In this document: piece by piece, positions 1 through 14,519 of the stretch
Position numbering within the stretch: position 1 is the first letter of the stretch
How the letters are laid out: every line of letters starts with the position of its first letter
Assembly (NCBI RefSeq): GCF_009914755.1
Contig: NC_060925.1
Reading direction: 5' to 3' (one strand)
Origin: the human T2T-CHM13v2.0 reference genome, Homo sapiens
Length of the DNA stretch: 64,000 bases
Program-made: the position numbers and the translations under genes
Notes under the pieces: model-generated
The model's input: only the letters and a program-made list of their open reading frames with translations
What the model was told of the DNA's origin: nothing
Databases searched by the model: none

Positions 1-1089
1 CGAGGCTGCCCTGTCCCTAATAATCCTTCCAGACTCTGGGAGTGTCCATGCCTCCAGGGCTCACAAGAGGTGGGTGGCCAGGATGGAACCAACCTAGGGA
101 CTCCCTCTGTGCTCTCTTTCCAACTTCAAGCCCAAATCAGATGGGGACCCAGGCCAGCCCCACTGAAGAAGTGACTGTCGGCTAAAGGGACCACCGGAGG
201 AGATTGTGTGGGCCAGGTGTACCTGTGCCAAGACTAAGATGAGTATATTTGGGAAGAGCAGAAGGAAACAGCGAGTATCTTTAACAACAATCACAAAGTA
301 CAATTTCTAACAAACACCCTACTTCCTTCTTTCTATGTATCTATTCATTGCTTGCTGGAGACTAGCAGTCAGAATGAGGCTAGGTCAAGGCATCCATCCC
401 CAGGGGGGCCAGTTTTGCTGGGAGAGCGTGGGTGGCCCAGAGCACCCCTGCCCATGGTGGCCTGGATGACCCCTCATAGGGCAGCATAGTGGTCAATTGT
501 TCATCACTGTGACCCTGAGTGTACATCTTCTATTGAATACAAGATCCTTCCTCCTGTTCTCTGATCGACCCCCATTTGGGTCAGTGGAGACTCAGAGAAG
601 TGAAGCGATTTGCTCAAGGTCACACAGCCCGTGGATGGAAGCTGGTAGGGCAGTGCCTGCCAGGACCACAAGGTCTATTGAGGAATGAGGCTGGGGAGGC
701 CCCTGCTATGTGTCTGGAGGGGATCCTGTGTGCCAGCATCACAGGAAAGGGAGTCCAGAGCCCTTGGGAAAGGGAGTGGGTGCTGAGGCCGTTTCGCTCA
801 CCTTTGCGACTCAGAAGGAGTGAGGGTCAGGATGCCACTCCGTAATTAACTGGGCCCAGCACCCCCGGGCCTTGTTCCTTGGGGTCTACTTGGAGGCTCT
901 GGGGGCATCACTTGGGGTCTTGAGCCAGGACCTGTGTCCGGGCAGCAAAGGACTCAGGGAAGAGTGGAGGGCCAAATGGGAGTTGGTGAAGTCTCTGGGG
1001 ACAGTGGGCTCGTGGCCAGGGTGGAAGAGACACAGGCTGAGAGGGCCGTCCAGTTCAACCCGCTGGTTTTAGGGTCACATAGGACAGAG

Positions 1090-1290
1090 TGGGGTATAAG
1101 AGCATGAGTTCTGAGTCAAACAGACCTGGACCTGAGTCCTGTGTGACTCTGGACAAATGGCTTCATCTCTCTGAGCCTTACCTTCCTCATCTGTAAAATG
1201 GGATGATCAATGAACCCTCCAGGGTCTATGGTGAGGAAGAAAGGAGGTGGTGGGTTCAGTTCCTAAGTGCCCACTAATACCTCCTCCTGT
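1090..1290 (+). mobile_element. MIR SINE
   Basis: Core ...tctctgagcc...ttcctcatctgtaaaatgggatgat. Confidence 0.8.
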
Positions 1291-1393
1291 TATCAATACT
1301 GGCAGTTGCTCTCATTACTACAGGTAACTCGAGTCACAATAGCAGTAACAACTCAAGCTCCTTAGTCCTGGAAGAGGCTTCCTTCCACTGGAC

Positions 1394-1596
1394 CAGTGAG
1401 TCTCAGCTGGCTGTGATTTTGCCCCCTGCCAGGGGACTGCTGGCACTGTCTGGCAACATTTTTGGTTGTCACAATTTGGGGGTTGCTACTGGCATCTAGG
1501 GGACAGAGTTCAGGGATGCCACTAAACATCCCGCTACAACAAAGAAATATCGAGCCCAAAATGCAATAGTGCGAGATTGAGAAACTCTGCACTAGA
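1394..1596. mobile_element. MER20 (hAT-Charlie MITE)
   Basis: gattttgcccc...cattttggttgtcacaa...gctactggcatctag...gattgagaaactctg. Confidence 0.8.
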
Positions 1597-1928
1597 CCTG
1601 TTCTGTCCCGGTGTCACTGGCTCACGGTGGCCAGTGAGCACCTGAGATGCACTCAATCTACGCTGAGATGTGCTGAAGTGTAAAATGTGCACTGGATTAC
1701 AAAGACTTAGCATGAAAAAAGGAAGGTAAACCATTTCCTTAATAATTTTTATATTGATTGCATGTTGAAATGATAATATTCTAAAATATTGGGTTAAACA
1801 AAATATATTATTAAAATTATGCCTGTTGTTTTAACTTTAAAAAAGTGTGGACTACTAGAAGATTTAAAATGCAATTGTGGTTTTGTTGTGGTTCAAACTG
1901 GACTTTTCTGGACAGTACTGGTCTAGAG
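1592..1928. mobile_element. MER33/MER3-family hAT MITE
   Basis: ctaga..ctgtcc start; tatattgattgcatgttgaaatgataatatt core; ggacagtactggtctaga end. Confidence 0.75.
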
Positions 1929-3733
1929 CGCACTGCCCCTCTCTGTGGTGGTGGAGAACCTTAAGTGCCGGTGGGGGTTAGGGTCTTTGTGGTCGTTGAG
2001 ACAGGACAAGGGGAATCGTCACACTGCTGCCCCCTGCTAGAGGGAGGCTGAGTCCATATCTGCCCCACTCTGTGCCCCTACCCCAGCTGGGCCTCTCTTT
2101 GCCAGGATAGAGCGATAGCAGGGCGCCTGAGCAGGAACCCTCCTTTGCTCCCCACCCCCGACTGGGAGGATCATGCCAGCTTTTCAGGCGGCACCAACCA
2201 TGCCCCAGCAAATAAACAGGTGGGTATGGTGACAGCTGAGGCTTAGAGACCTGAGCACTCTGGCTCCGCGCCCACTCCCTAGCGGTGCCCAGTTCAGGGC
2301 TGGGGGTGGGGAAGGCAGGGGAGCTCTTGCACCCCACCAGAGCCTGGACCACCCTCCACTGCTGTGTTCTTGTTCTCAGAGACCACCCAGTCCACCTCTG
2401 AGGTTTACATGGGGGACAACTGAAGCCCAGGCCCAGGGAAAGGCAGAGGTTGAGGCCAGGGACAGAGGCATGGAGTGGGTCCCTAGTCCTGGGGCTTGTT
2501 GGTATCAGCGTGGCCAGTGCCTCTGCAGCGGTGGCAGGAGACTGGTTGGGCAGGTGGGAGGGCTGCCAGGGCTGTGTGGGGAGACACATGATGGGTTGGT
2601 GGGGGCCTGGAAGAGGCAGGGTGCTCCAGGTGTCAGGATGATTTGAGAGCCATAAACCACGATGGTGCCTCCGTGTGAGTTCAGCTTGAGGCAGAGAGGA
2701 TAGGGGACTCATCCGGTGTCAGCACAGTGTCCCACCTCAGAGTCCTGCATGCTCCCTGCCCCCAGCACTGACCCCTCCAACCCTAGCAATGGGGAGGTTT
2801 TAAATGCTTGGAATAGAGGGGGCAGATCAAACCCCAGCATAACCCCACCCTTTCATTCACACCAGCCACACCTTTCCAAGGCCCCGTCCCATTACTCAGG
2901 GAGACAGATCATTGGACTTGGCTGCTTTCTGGGATTGCGGGGGGAGTGGTAGGGCCCTACCCTACCTTCAGCTGTCTCGGACATCCCGCACTCTACCAAG
3001 TTCTTGGACAGAGAGAAGGGGAGGGAGCAGAACTCTGAATTAGGATCCTTTTCCAACAAAGTACCCCGCTATACACCCCAAGTCCCCGTCGTCAGCTGGG
3101 TAGAATATTGTCCCTCTGTGGTCTCAGAATGAAGTCAGGGGAAGGTATCTGGGGACACGGAGCTCAGGGCCAGTGCCTGGGGACAAGCAACCACCAGCAG
3201 CCCCCACAGGGCGAAATCGGAGCCTGAGTAACCTCCAGGGCCGGATTCAGCCTCAGGGCAGCTCCCTTCGGGTCCTGCCCCAGTCCCCGGCAAGTCTCCG
3301 CGGAAGCTCCGCTGAACTGGGAGTGGGAAGCAGGAGAGGGGCTGGGTTGAGGTGGGTCCGAGGGGAAGTGAGGTGCGGAGGGGAAGTGAAAGGGGAGAGG
3401 ACGGCAGGGAAGCTGAAGGGGTGTGAGGTCCCCCGGGAGGAGAACTGGAGAGGGCCAGACGGAGGGTTACGGGTGAAAGGGAGGGTCTGTGAGGGAGCTG
3501 GGGCTGAGGCTGTGTTAGGGGGTCTGGGAGAGTCTCAGGGTTTCTGGAAGGTGGACACAAGGTTCGGGGGTTGTCAGGTTTCTGGATGAGATTCTTAGGA
3601 TTTCTGGGCTCGGGGGCTCGGGATGAGGGACAACTCGGGCTGGACAAAGGCTGTCCACGTCCCCGAGTCTGAGCGCGTCTCAGGATTTCTGGGCTCGAGA
3701 TCTCGGCCCGGGCATCACGGTGGGCCGGCTCAC

Positions 3734-3825
3734 CTGTAGACATCGGTCCAGAGGTAGGTGCCCAGCACGTACACCGCCTCCACGCGGCTCCCGTACTGCA
3801 GCCGCACGGTCCGCTCGCGCAGCAT
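3734..3825 (-). CDS. PADI2: Peptidylarginine deiminase 2, coding part of exon 1 (30 codons + 2 nt, phase-2 intron)
   Basis: Minus strand reads ATG CTG CGC GAG CGG ACC GTG ... GAT GTC TAC AG|gtgag = MLRERTVRLQYGSRVEAVYVLGTYLWTDVY(S), the N-terminus I recognise as human PADI2. Canonical donor AG|GTGAG at 3734/3733; A at -3 of the ATG (GGGAGG ATG). Too short to appear as its own ORF in the track. Confidence 0.97.
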
Positions 3826-3905
3826 CCTCCCCGCCGCAGTGCCCGCGCTCGCTGGTCCGGGGCGGCCGGGAGCACCTGCAGCAGGTGCGCCTTCTCCAGC
3901 AGCCT
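3826..3905 (-). other. PADI2: PADI2 5' UTR; approximate TSS near 3905
   Basis: GC-rich ~80 nt leader (AGGCTGCTGGAGAAGGCGCACCTGC...) upstream of the ATG. TSS position is from my recall of the mRNA 5' end and from the GATAA element 26-30 nt upstream. Confidence 0.7.
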
Positions 3906-5233
3906 GCGCCCCACGGCCCCGCGCGCAGCCTTATCCAGCGGCCGGTGGGCGGGGCGGCCCGCCCCAGTCCTCTCGCAGTGGGCTGCGGGCCTGTCCGTCA
4001 AGCGTGGTCCCGCCCCTAACTCGTCCCGCCCCGCTGAGGTCGTGGCGAAGTCATCAGGGACCAGTTTTGTGCTTTCCATGGTTGGATTGTCATTCTTTCA
4101 TTCGACAAACCTTCGGTGGGCGCCCAGGTGTTGGAGGGCCCTAGCTCCCCTCCGGACGCCCCAGCCCAGTGGGGCTGAAAATGCAAATGTGGGAACACAA
4201 AGAGGGTGCCCTAACCCAGCCTGGGGGCCAGGAAGCCTTCCCAGAGAAGACGATCCTGGAACCTTCTTAAAGGAGGCGTTTGCAAATTAAAGGCGAGGAG
4301 AGGGAGCTGCCTGTGCAAAGCCGGGTGCAGCCCGGTACCCCCATCCCCCAACAGTCAGATGAACCTCACCATAGAGAAAACGGGAAGCGGTGGGGATGGG
4401 GAACCCGGCAGCTGAGGGAGACCAGGACGCCAAGCCAAGGCATTGGAGGGTGGGAGATGGGAGCCTGGAGTGGTTGTCTCCGCGAGCCGTGGTCGGGTGT
4501 GCTCGTGAAATGGGTCATTCTGGGCTGGGGAGGGGCAAGGAAGCCCCTGGCTGTGGCCAGAGCTGGAGAGGTGGGGACTGACCCGGCCACTGCTTAGGGA
4601 CTGGGATTTTGGTGGCACCTGGTGACTGATAGGATGTGTGGGTGGAGGGAGAGGAGAGGGGTAAGGATTAGGGCCCCGGTTCTGGCCTGGGCCACCAAGG
4701 GAAGGGGGGTGCCACCCAGAGGTCATCGTGTGTCTCACAGAGGCTGAGATGTAGGATGACAATCAGTGTGGGCCTCGGCCAGCCCCTCCCATGTCCCAGC
4801 CCTTCCCCTGGGACCCAGTGGGAGTGCTGTTCAGACACATACATCAGCCCTGTGTGAGGAAGTGGTCTTTGGTAGGTGAGGACAGAAACTGAGGGGGGGT
4901 GGGCAGAGGCCGTGGGAGGGAAGGAGTGGGGCGGAGGGGATGTGTGTTTGGGAAGGAGTTAGAGCTGATGGAAGATGGAGCTCCAGGAACGGGTGCCCCC
5001 AGACAAGAGGGGTGAGGCCCACAAGTGCCCAGTGCTGATATACCCAGCCCTTGGACTCCAACCTTCTCCCTGAGGCGGCCCAAATTAGGAGGTGGTGAAG
5101 AGCCCAGCTGCTTCTGAGTGGCAGGGATTTGGGAGGAATGTGAGTGGGGAAGAGGGAAGGCCCGAGTTTTAGCCAGGAGGTCATTTGTCCCCCAAAGGCA
5201 CAGCTCACAGACCCAGGGAGAGGCCAGTAACTG

Positions 5234-5535
<302 letters not shown>

Positions 5536-5924
5536 GAGGCCAGTAACTTCTGATGAACTCCAGGCACCCGGCTGAGCACATCCTCCAATCAGGAGGAATC
5601 TCTCGGGTGGCCACCTGCCAAACTGGGACAAAACTTGTGTAGCTTGGAGAGACTTCGAGGCGCCCCCAGAGGTGAGCTCGTGTCTGGGCACCCCTCTGCC
5701 ACGAGTGACTTTGGAGCCCTTACTGTGTGACAGATAACGGGCACCCACCAGGGTTCTCACCTTCCTGGGGCTCTAACTTTCATTTGACTCATGGGGAGAC
5801 TGGGGCCAGAGTGGGGGAGGACACTGTACCCCCCACTGACGGAGACCCCGGGCAGCTCATAACAGGACACTGGGCAAGATAGTGATAACATCAGACCGCA
5901 ATACCCAGGGGAGCTGGAGTAAGA

Positions 5925-6375
5925 GCGGGCACTTACTGCTTTCTTTCTGTGGGTCAGGCACTGTTCCAAGCGGCTCTTTTCATGTATTAGAGTTAGATCA
6001 CTGAACCCTCCCAGTAACTCCGCCACTTTACAGATGAAGAAAGTGAGCTGTGAGGAGGTGGGGGAATTGACTCTGGGTTGCAGAGCTCCTAAGAGTGGCA
6101 GAGGGAGGAGCTTGCAGGGCCACTGGGGTGGAGGCAGGGGGCAAGGCCGAGTGAGGGCAGGGGCAGAATGCTGTCCATGCTTTGTAGATAAGGAAGTCGC
6201 AGTTCTAGGCCCAGCTCTGCTTTTGTGCCGCCTTGGGCCAGGTACCCTGCCATTCGGAGCCCCATTTTCTGCCTCTGTGAAGTAACTGATCCCTCAGCAC
6301 GGTGTAAGGACGGTATTAAACGAGACAACAAGGTGCAGAAAATACTAGCACAGAGCCTGGCACAAGGCTCAAGAA
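5925..6375. mobile_element. Two MIR fragments in opposite orientations
   Basis: tttacagatgaagaaagtgag (minus) and ttttctgcctctgtgaagt...gcctggcaca (plus). Confidence 0.6.
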
Positions 6376-7089
6376 ATGAAGCCCCCTCCCCTTAAAAACC
6401 CAATTCAGACCTGGCCACCCACACTCAGGACTCCTGCCCGGGCTCAGGCCATCATGTTGGGCCCAGAGCCTGGTTGATGAGACAGGAGTTTCCTGGTGCC
6501 CAGAGGTTTAAAATAGCTGAAGTAGTCACAGCTGTTGGTGGATTCAGGGCCGGAGGTCGCATGCATCACGGCTGCTCCCACCTCTCCCCTGGGATCCGGA
6601 AGAGCCACAAAGCATCTCACGGTGTCTTTTGGGGACTTAGCTTAGGCCAGTTCCTGGCACAGACCCGCACCCACCCCTCCAGCAAGCGCCCCTGCCAAGC
6701 CTGTGGGCAGGGTGCCTGGGCTAAGAGGGGCTCTTCTGAGCTGTTTTCTGTTAGGTTCCTCCACTGGGTGTGGGGTCTCCGGGCCAGGCCTTGGGGGAAC
6801 CAGGGAGGCCACTCAAACTTCGACAAGCCTGCTTTGAGGAAACAGACAGCTTACTGAGAGCACTATACATACAATAATTTAAAAAGAAAGAAAAAAATGC
6901 ACAAGTATTACCTGGTCATTGTGGAAAAGTTAAAAAAAATATGATCACCCATGACCCTAGTACCAGAGATCAGTCTGAATCTATGAGTATGATCTGGCCG
7001 GGCTGCCCACAGGCTGCTGTGGGGCAGCATACTTCCTGAGCCCTTGCGCCATGCCAGGAGCTGTTCAGAGCCCATTCACACACACATCT

Positions 7090-7385
7090 CAGCCTGTTTA
7101 ATCCTCACGACAGCCCTGTGAGGTGAGAGCTATTATTATCTTCCATCTGCACAGAGGCACCAACCAGCCTGCAGTGAAGAGCATGGACTTTGGTCTTGGT
7201 GGACCTGGGGTCAAGTCTGGCTCTGCCCCTCACTAGCTGGGGGCCTCTCTGGGCCTCAGTTTCTTCTTCTATAAAGGAGATACTAGGAATTGTTATAAGG
7301 AACAAGGAATAACAAGATGATATCCAGTAAGGTACTGCACATCGTGGCCTGGCACAGACCCAAGTTCCAGTAGACGGTAGTTATT
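7090..7385. mobile_element. MIR fragments
   Basis: ttaatcctcacgacagccctgtgagg; gggcctcagtttcttcttctataaa. Confidence 0.7.
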
Positions 7386-8064
7386 TCCTATGCGTATATA
7401 GTTATTTTAAGTTTTTGTAAACATGGGCTTCTGACTACATGCTGTTTGATAACATACTTCAAAGCTTCCACAATGTGAGAGGCTGGGCTGGCTGTGGCCA
7501 GGTCACACAGAGCATTGTAAGTCGTGGAAAAGGCTTTGGGGCTTTATCTTTATGGGGTCATGGGGGAAGCCTGGGAAGGACTTTGGAAGGTGTCAACGGC
7601 ACGATGTACACTTTAGGAAAATCACTCTGGCTGCTGTAGGCAGCTAAATTTGACAGGAATTCTGGCAGGAGACCAGAGAAAGGAAGAGGTCGGGGTCTGG
7701 GCCATGGATCCCCAAAGCAATCCTTCTGTGGCCAGGGATCGCCCCAACCCCTGACTCTGCACCATGGGGACCTGCAGTCATACCCTCAAGAGCAGATCCC
7801 CATAACCCTGGCCCTGCCTGGCCCCGTCACATTCCCTTTCCCCTGGCAAAGCCCACCCTTTGGTCTCACTCCCTTGAGAAGAGTCTCTGGGATGGGGGCG
7901 TTGATTCAGCCTCTGCCTCAGCTCTCGGTCCTGAGAGACATCGTGCTCAGAGGCGGGGAAGGGCTGGGGTGCTCCATTGTTCTAATACTGCGTGAGTTCA
8001 GAATGAGGAAGTCATGTCTCTTCTGCGTGCTGCTGTGGCTGTACCCCACTCGGGGGTACATTTA

Positions 8065-8467
8065 TATATGCAGAGAGAGAGATTTATTTTAAGAAATTGG
8101 CTCACATGGTTGTGGGGGCTGACAAGCCTGAAATTTGTAGAGCTGGCCAGTCAGAAATGGGAGAAGAATTGATGTTGCGGTCTTGAGTCTGAAATCTACA
8201 GGTTGGAAACAGCACGGTTTCTATGTTGCATTCTGGAGGCTGAATTGCCTCCTCTTTGGGAAACCTCAGTCTTTGTTGTTAAGGCCTTCAACTGATTGGA
8301 TGAGGCCCACCCACATTTTGGAGTGCAATCTACTTTACTCAAAGTCTACTGATTTAAACGTTGATCACATCTGAAAAATATCTTCACAGCAACATCCAGA
8401 CTGATGTTTGACTGGATGATGGGGTGCCATAGCCTGGCCAAATCGACACAGAAAATTAACCATCACC
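8065..8467. mobile_element. MLT2-family (ERVL) LTR
   Basis: gagatttattttaagaaattggctcacatg ... tactttactcaaagtctactgatttaa ... aaaattaaccatcac. Confidence 0.8.
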
Positions 8468-8851
8468 ATGCTGAAAGATGGGCTAAGGCTTTCATTCATT
8501 AGGTCACCATTTATGGAGCATTTATTCCCTGCCAGGCACCTGCGCTAAGCACTGTGTGTATGTTATCCCATTGAATCCTTGCTACAACCCCAGAAGTAAG
8601 TATTTTTCTTACCCTTATTTTATACATCCAAGGGTAAGATGACTTGTCCGGGCCAGGGTTCTACCCTTAGTCAGTGAAGCAAAGCTAGAAAGGTGAATTC
8701 TGGAGAAGATGTAATAAGCCAGTTGTCTGAGGGGCTGCCAGGGGGCCAGAGTAAGCCTGGGAGGTCCTAGACCCATGCTTTCCAACATGTAGCCACTGCC
8801 AGACAAGGTTTATGTGGCTAATCTGAACTGACACATGCTGTAGGTGTAAAA

Positions 8852-9302
8852 CAGTGGTCCCCAACCTTTTTGGCACCAGGGACCTGTTTTGTGGAAGACA
8901 GGCTTTCCATGGATGGGGGTGGGGATGGTTTCGGGATGATTCAAGCGCATTACATTTCTTGTGCACTTTATTTCTATCATCACATTGTAATACATAAGGA
9001 AACAATTTTACAATTCACCGTAATGTAGAATCAGTGGGGGCCCTGAGCTTGTTTTCCTGCAACTAGATGGTCCCATCTGGGGGTGATGGGAGACAGTGAC
9101 AGGTCATCAGGCATTAGATTCTCATCAGGAGCTCACAGCCTAGATCTCTCACCTGCGCAGTTCACAATAGCATTTGTGCTCCTATGGGAATCTAAAGACA
9201 AAACTTCCCTTGCTAGCCCAATGCTCACCTCCTGCGGTGTGCCTGGTTCCCAACAGACCACAGACTGGTAATGGTCCATAGCCTGGGGGTTGGGGACCCC
9301 TG
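8852..9302. mobile_element. MER1 (MER1A-like) hAT element
   Basis: Terminal inverted repeats CAGTGGTCCCCAACC / GGTTGGGGACCCCTG (14/15 match) and perfect 8-bp TSD GTGTAAAA at 8844-8851 and 9303-9310. Confidence 0.9.
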
Positions 9303-9422
9303 GTGTAAAATACAGATTTCAAGGAGTTACAAGGAGAAAAAGATGGTAATTTTAAAAATAATTGACTCCATGTTGGAATGATAATATGGTGAATGTATTT
9401 CATTAAATGCAAATGTATTATT

Positions 9423-9728
9423 AGCTGGATGTGGTGGCTCAAGCCTGTAATCCCAACACTTTGGGAGGCTGAGGAGGGAGGATCACTAACATTCAGGAGT
9501 TTGAGATGAGCCTGGGCAACATAGCAAGACCCTGTCTCTACAAAAAAATTTAAAAATTAGCCAGGCATGGTGATGCACCCCCTGTACTCCCAGCTACTTG
9601 GGAGGCCAAGGTTGGGGGAATCTCTTGAGCCCACGAGGTTGAGGCTGCAAGTGAGCAGTGACCGTGCCACTGCATGCCAGCTGGGGCGACAGAGCAAGAC
9701 TCTGTCTCAAACAAACAAACATCAAAAA
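9423..9728 (+). mobile_element. AluJ
   Basis: Diverged Alu with agcctgggcaacatagcaagaccctgtc and gaggctgcaagtgagc diagnostics. Confidence 0.9.
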
Positions 9729-9839
9729 GCCCAAAGACGTATTGTTAAAGTTAATTGTACCTATTTATTTCAGCTTTTAAAAATGTGGCTACTAGAAAAT
9801 GTGGTTACCTGTGAGGCACACATTTGTGGTTGCCATCAT

Positions 9840-10161
9840 TTTTATTTTTCTTTCTTCCTTTTTTTTTTTTTTTTTTTTTGAGACAGAGTCTTGCCCTGTC
9901 ACCCAGGCTGGAATGCAGTGGCATGAGCTTTTCTCACTGCAACCTCCGCCTCCTGGGTTTAAGTGATTCTCATGCCTCAGCCTCTGGAGTAGCTGGGACC
10001 ACAGGCACGCGCCACCATGCCCGGCTGATTTTTGTATTTTTAGTAGAGACAGGGTTTCACCATGTTGGCCAGGCTGGTCTCGAACTCCTGACCTCAAGTA
10101 ATCTGCCCACCTCGGCCTTCCAAAGTGCTGGGATTACAGGCGTGAGCCACTACGCCCGGCT
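9840..10161 (-). mobile_element. AluS
   Basis: Poly-T head plus full Alu body. Confidence 0.92.
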
Positions 10162-10874
10162 GGTTTGCATCATTTTTCTATGGGTGGTGCAGATCCAGAC
10201 GCCTCTAAATGGTTAGGCAGGGACTTGTTCATGATTTTTCTGGGTCGAGCCTGGGTACAGCTGGGCACAGTAGATAAATATTTGGTGAAGAGAGTGGAAT
10301 TGCTTCAGAGTTCCCAGAGGGCAGCAGTGGGGTTAATAGCAAGAGTTAAAACAGGGAACACGCGAAGGCCGCAAGAGGCGGAGACCACAAGGTGGCGCCA
10401 GATCCCCATCTTGGAAGCAGGGAGGCGGCGCTGGCCGGCCTGAGCCCGAGAGATCAGAATGCCTCCGCCTCTGTCCCACCCTGCTCAGCACCTTCCTTTA
10501 GCTTTTGGGACCCTCTTTTTCCTGGTGGTTTGGGTCAGAATTCAGGGGCCACCTTTGTGTGAGGTCAGTGGCAGGTCCCTTAGAGTGGGAACTTCTCGCT
10601 GGACAAAGGGGCGACTGAAGCTCAGAGAAGGATGAGAGGGGCCCAGAGAGGGGCAGTGACCGGCCGAAGGGCGCAGAGCCAGTTGGTAAAAGAGGGAGGT
10701 CTTTTGTGTCTCATCCTTCAGGCCTGTCCTGTTACCTCAGTGCCTTTGTCCTGTGAGCCTGGGTCGTTGATTCGTTTTAAAAATCACTTGATAAACAAAT
10801 CACAGAGTCAGGTGCTGTGCGGGTGGGAGTGGGGACACAGGTCCATCCTTATGAGCAACCTAGCAGGAGCAAAA

Positions 10875-10980
10875 AACATGCACGGATGCTCACAAACACA
10901 TGCACACACACAACATGCACACACGCACATACACGTGCACACACACACGCACGCATGCACACACATGCACACACACACAC
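10875..10980. repeat. (CA/CG/TG) purine-pyrimidine simple repeat
   Basis: cacatgcacacacacaacatgcacacacgcacatacacgtgcacacacac... Confidence 0.9.
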
Positions 10981-11239
10981 CCTTGTGTAGGAAGAACATC
11001 ACGCAGTCATTTACAACCACATTGGAAGAAGGCGCTATAATCATTTCTGCCATACCCCATGATGTGGTCACATTTTCCATCTCGAGAATCAGTCCACCTG
11101 GATTGACATCCTAGCCCTTCCTGGCTTAGGAGACCTTGGACAAGTCATCTCACTTGAGTCTCAGTTTTCTCATCTGTGAAATGGGGGTTAATCATGGCAC
11201 CTCCTTCCCAGGTGGTTGTGAGGTTTAAACAAGATAATA

Positions 11240-11853
<614 letters not shown>

Positions 11854-11929
11854 GGATCTCCTTTGGTTTTCAAAAATTATTATTCCACTTACTGTCATTT
11901 CAAATTCAACAATCCCACTTTAGCTTTGA

Positions 11930-12720
<791 letters not shown>

Positions 12721-12822
12721 CTTTAAAAATTATTATAAAATTATTAAAATGATACAACTGAATATTTGGTTCCATTGACAATCTTGGCTAATTAAACATG
12801 CATGAAAATATAATTTAAAATC

Positions 12823-13690
<868 letters not shown>

Positions 13691-13878
13691 CACAGTTAAA
13701 CATTTTTAACTGCATGTATAGATTTAACATATTCAATTTCTTTTAAAAATACTTCAGTTGCCTTAATAACAAACACAACTTTCTCAAGCACTTAAATTAT
13801 TCTTAGAAATCTGGTAACTTATGCTTATCATGAATTCAAATTTTTATAACTTTTTAACACTTCTGTCAAGCATAGTAA

Positions 13879-14246
<368 letters not shown>

Positions 14247-14282
14247 TAAAACCTTAAGACTGACTTTTTATTCACACAGACT

Positions 14283-14519
14283 AGGGGTGTGCAATCTTTT
14301 GGCTTCCCTGGGCCACGCTGGAAGGAGAAGAATTGTCTTGGGCCACACATAAAATACACTAACACTAATGATAGCTGATGAGCTAAAAAAAAAAAAAAAA
14401 AAAAAAAAGAATTGAAAAAAAATCTCTTAATGTTTTAAGAAAGTTTACGAATTTGTGTTGGGCCGCATTTAAAGCTACAGCTGCATTCAAAGCCACTGGC
14501 CAAGGGTTGGACAAGCTTA
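14283..14519 (+). mobile_element. MER30 hAT MITE
   Basis: aggggtgtgcaatcttttggcttccctgggccac ... ggttggacaagctt with internal poly-A. Confidence 0.85.

Larger units (their letters stand above)
1..3733 (-). other. PADI2: PADI2 intron 1 (5' part; continues beyond the window start)
   Basis: Follows the GT donor at 3733. I saw no exon-2 peptide (AAPAGAQTF...) in 1-3733; the interval contains MIR, MER20 and MER33 repeats. Confidence 0.9.
3610..4060. promoter_or_regulatory. CpG island / PADI2 core promoter with four GC boxes
   Basis: Dense CpG. GC boxes TGGGCGGGGC 3946-3955 and CCCGCCCC at 3958-3965, 4009-4016, 4025-4032. No canonical TATA; GATAA on the minus strand at 3931-3935. Confidence 0.9.
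8770..10200. mobile_element. MER33-like element split into four pieces by MER1 and two Alus
   Basis: Collinear fragments at ~8770-8851, 9303-9422, 9735-9840 and 10162-10200 resemble the intact copy at 1592-1928. Confidence 0.6.

Noticed and set aside
1978-2712. 244-aa minus-strand ORF in intron 1
   Set aside because: Low-complexity Pro/Ser/Leu/Gly composition, no similarity to PADI2 exon 2 or any family I recognise
3135-4144. 314-aa minus-strand ORF and overlapping plus-strand ORFs across the PADI2 promoter
   Set aside because: High GC content suppresses stops. The 314-aa ORF is in a different frame from PADI2 and runs through the splice donor into intron 1.
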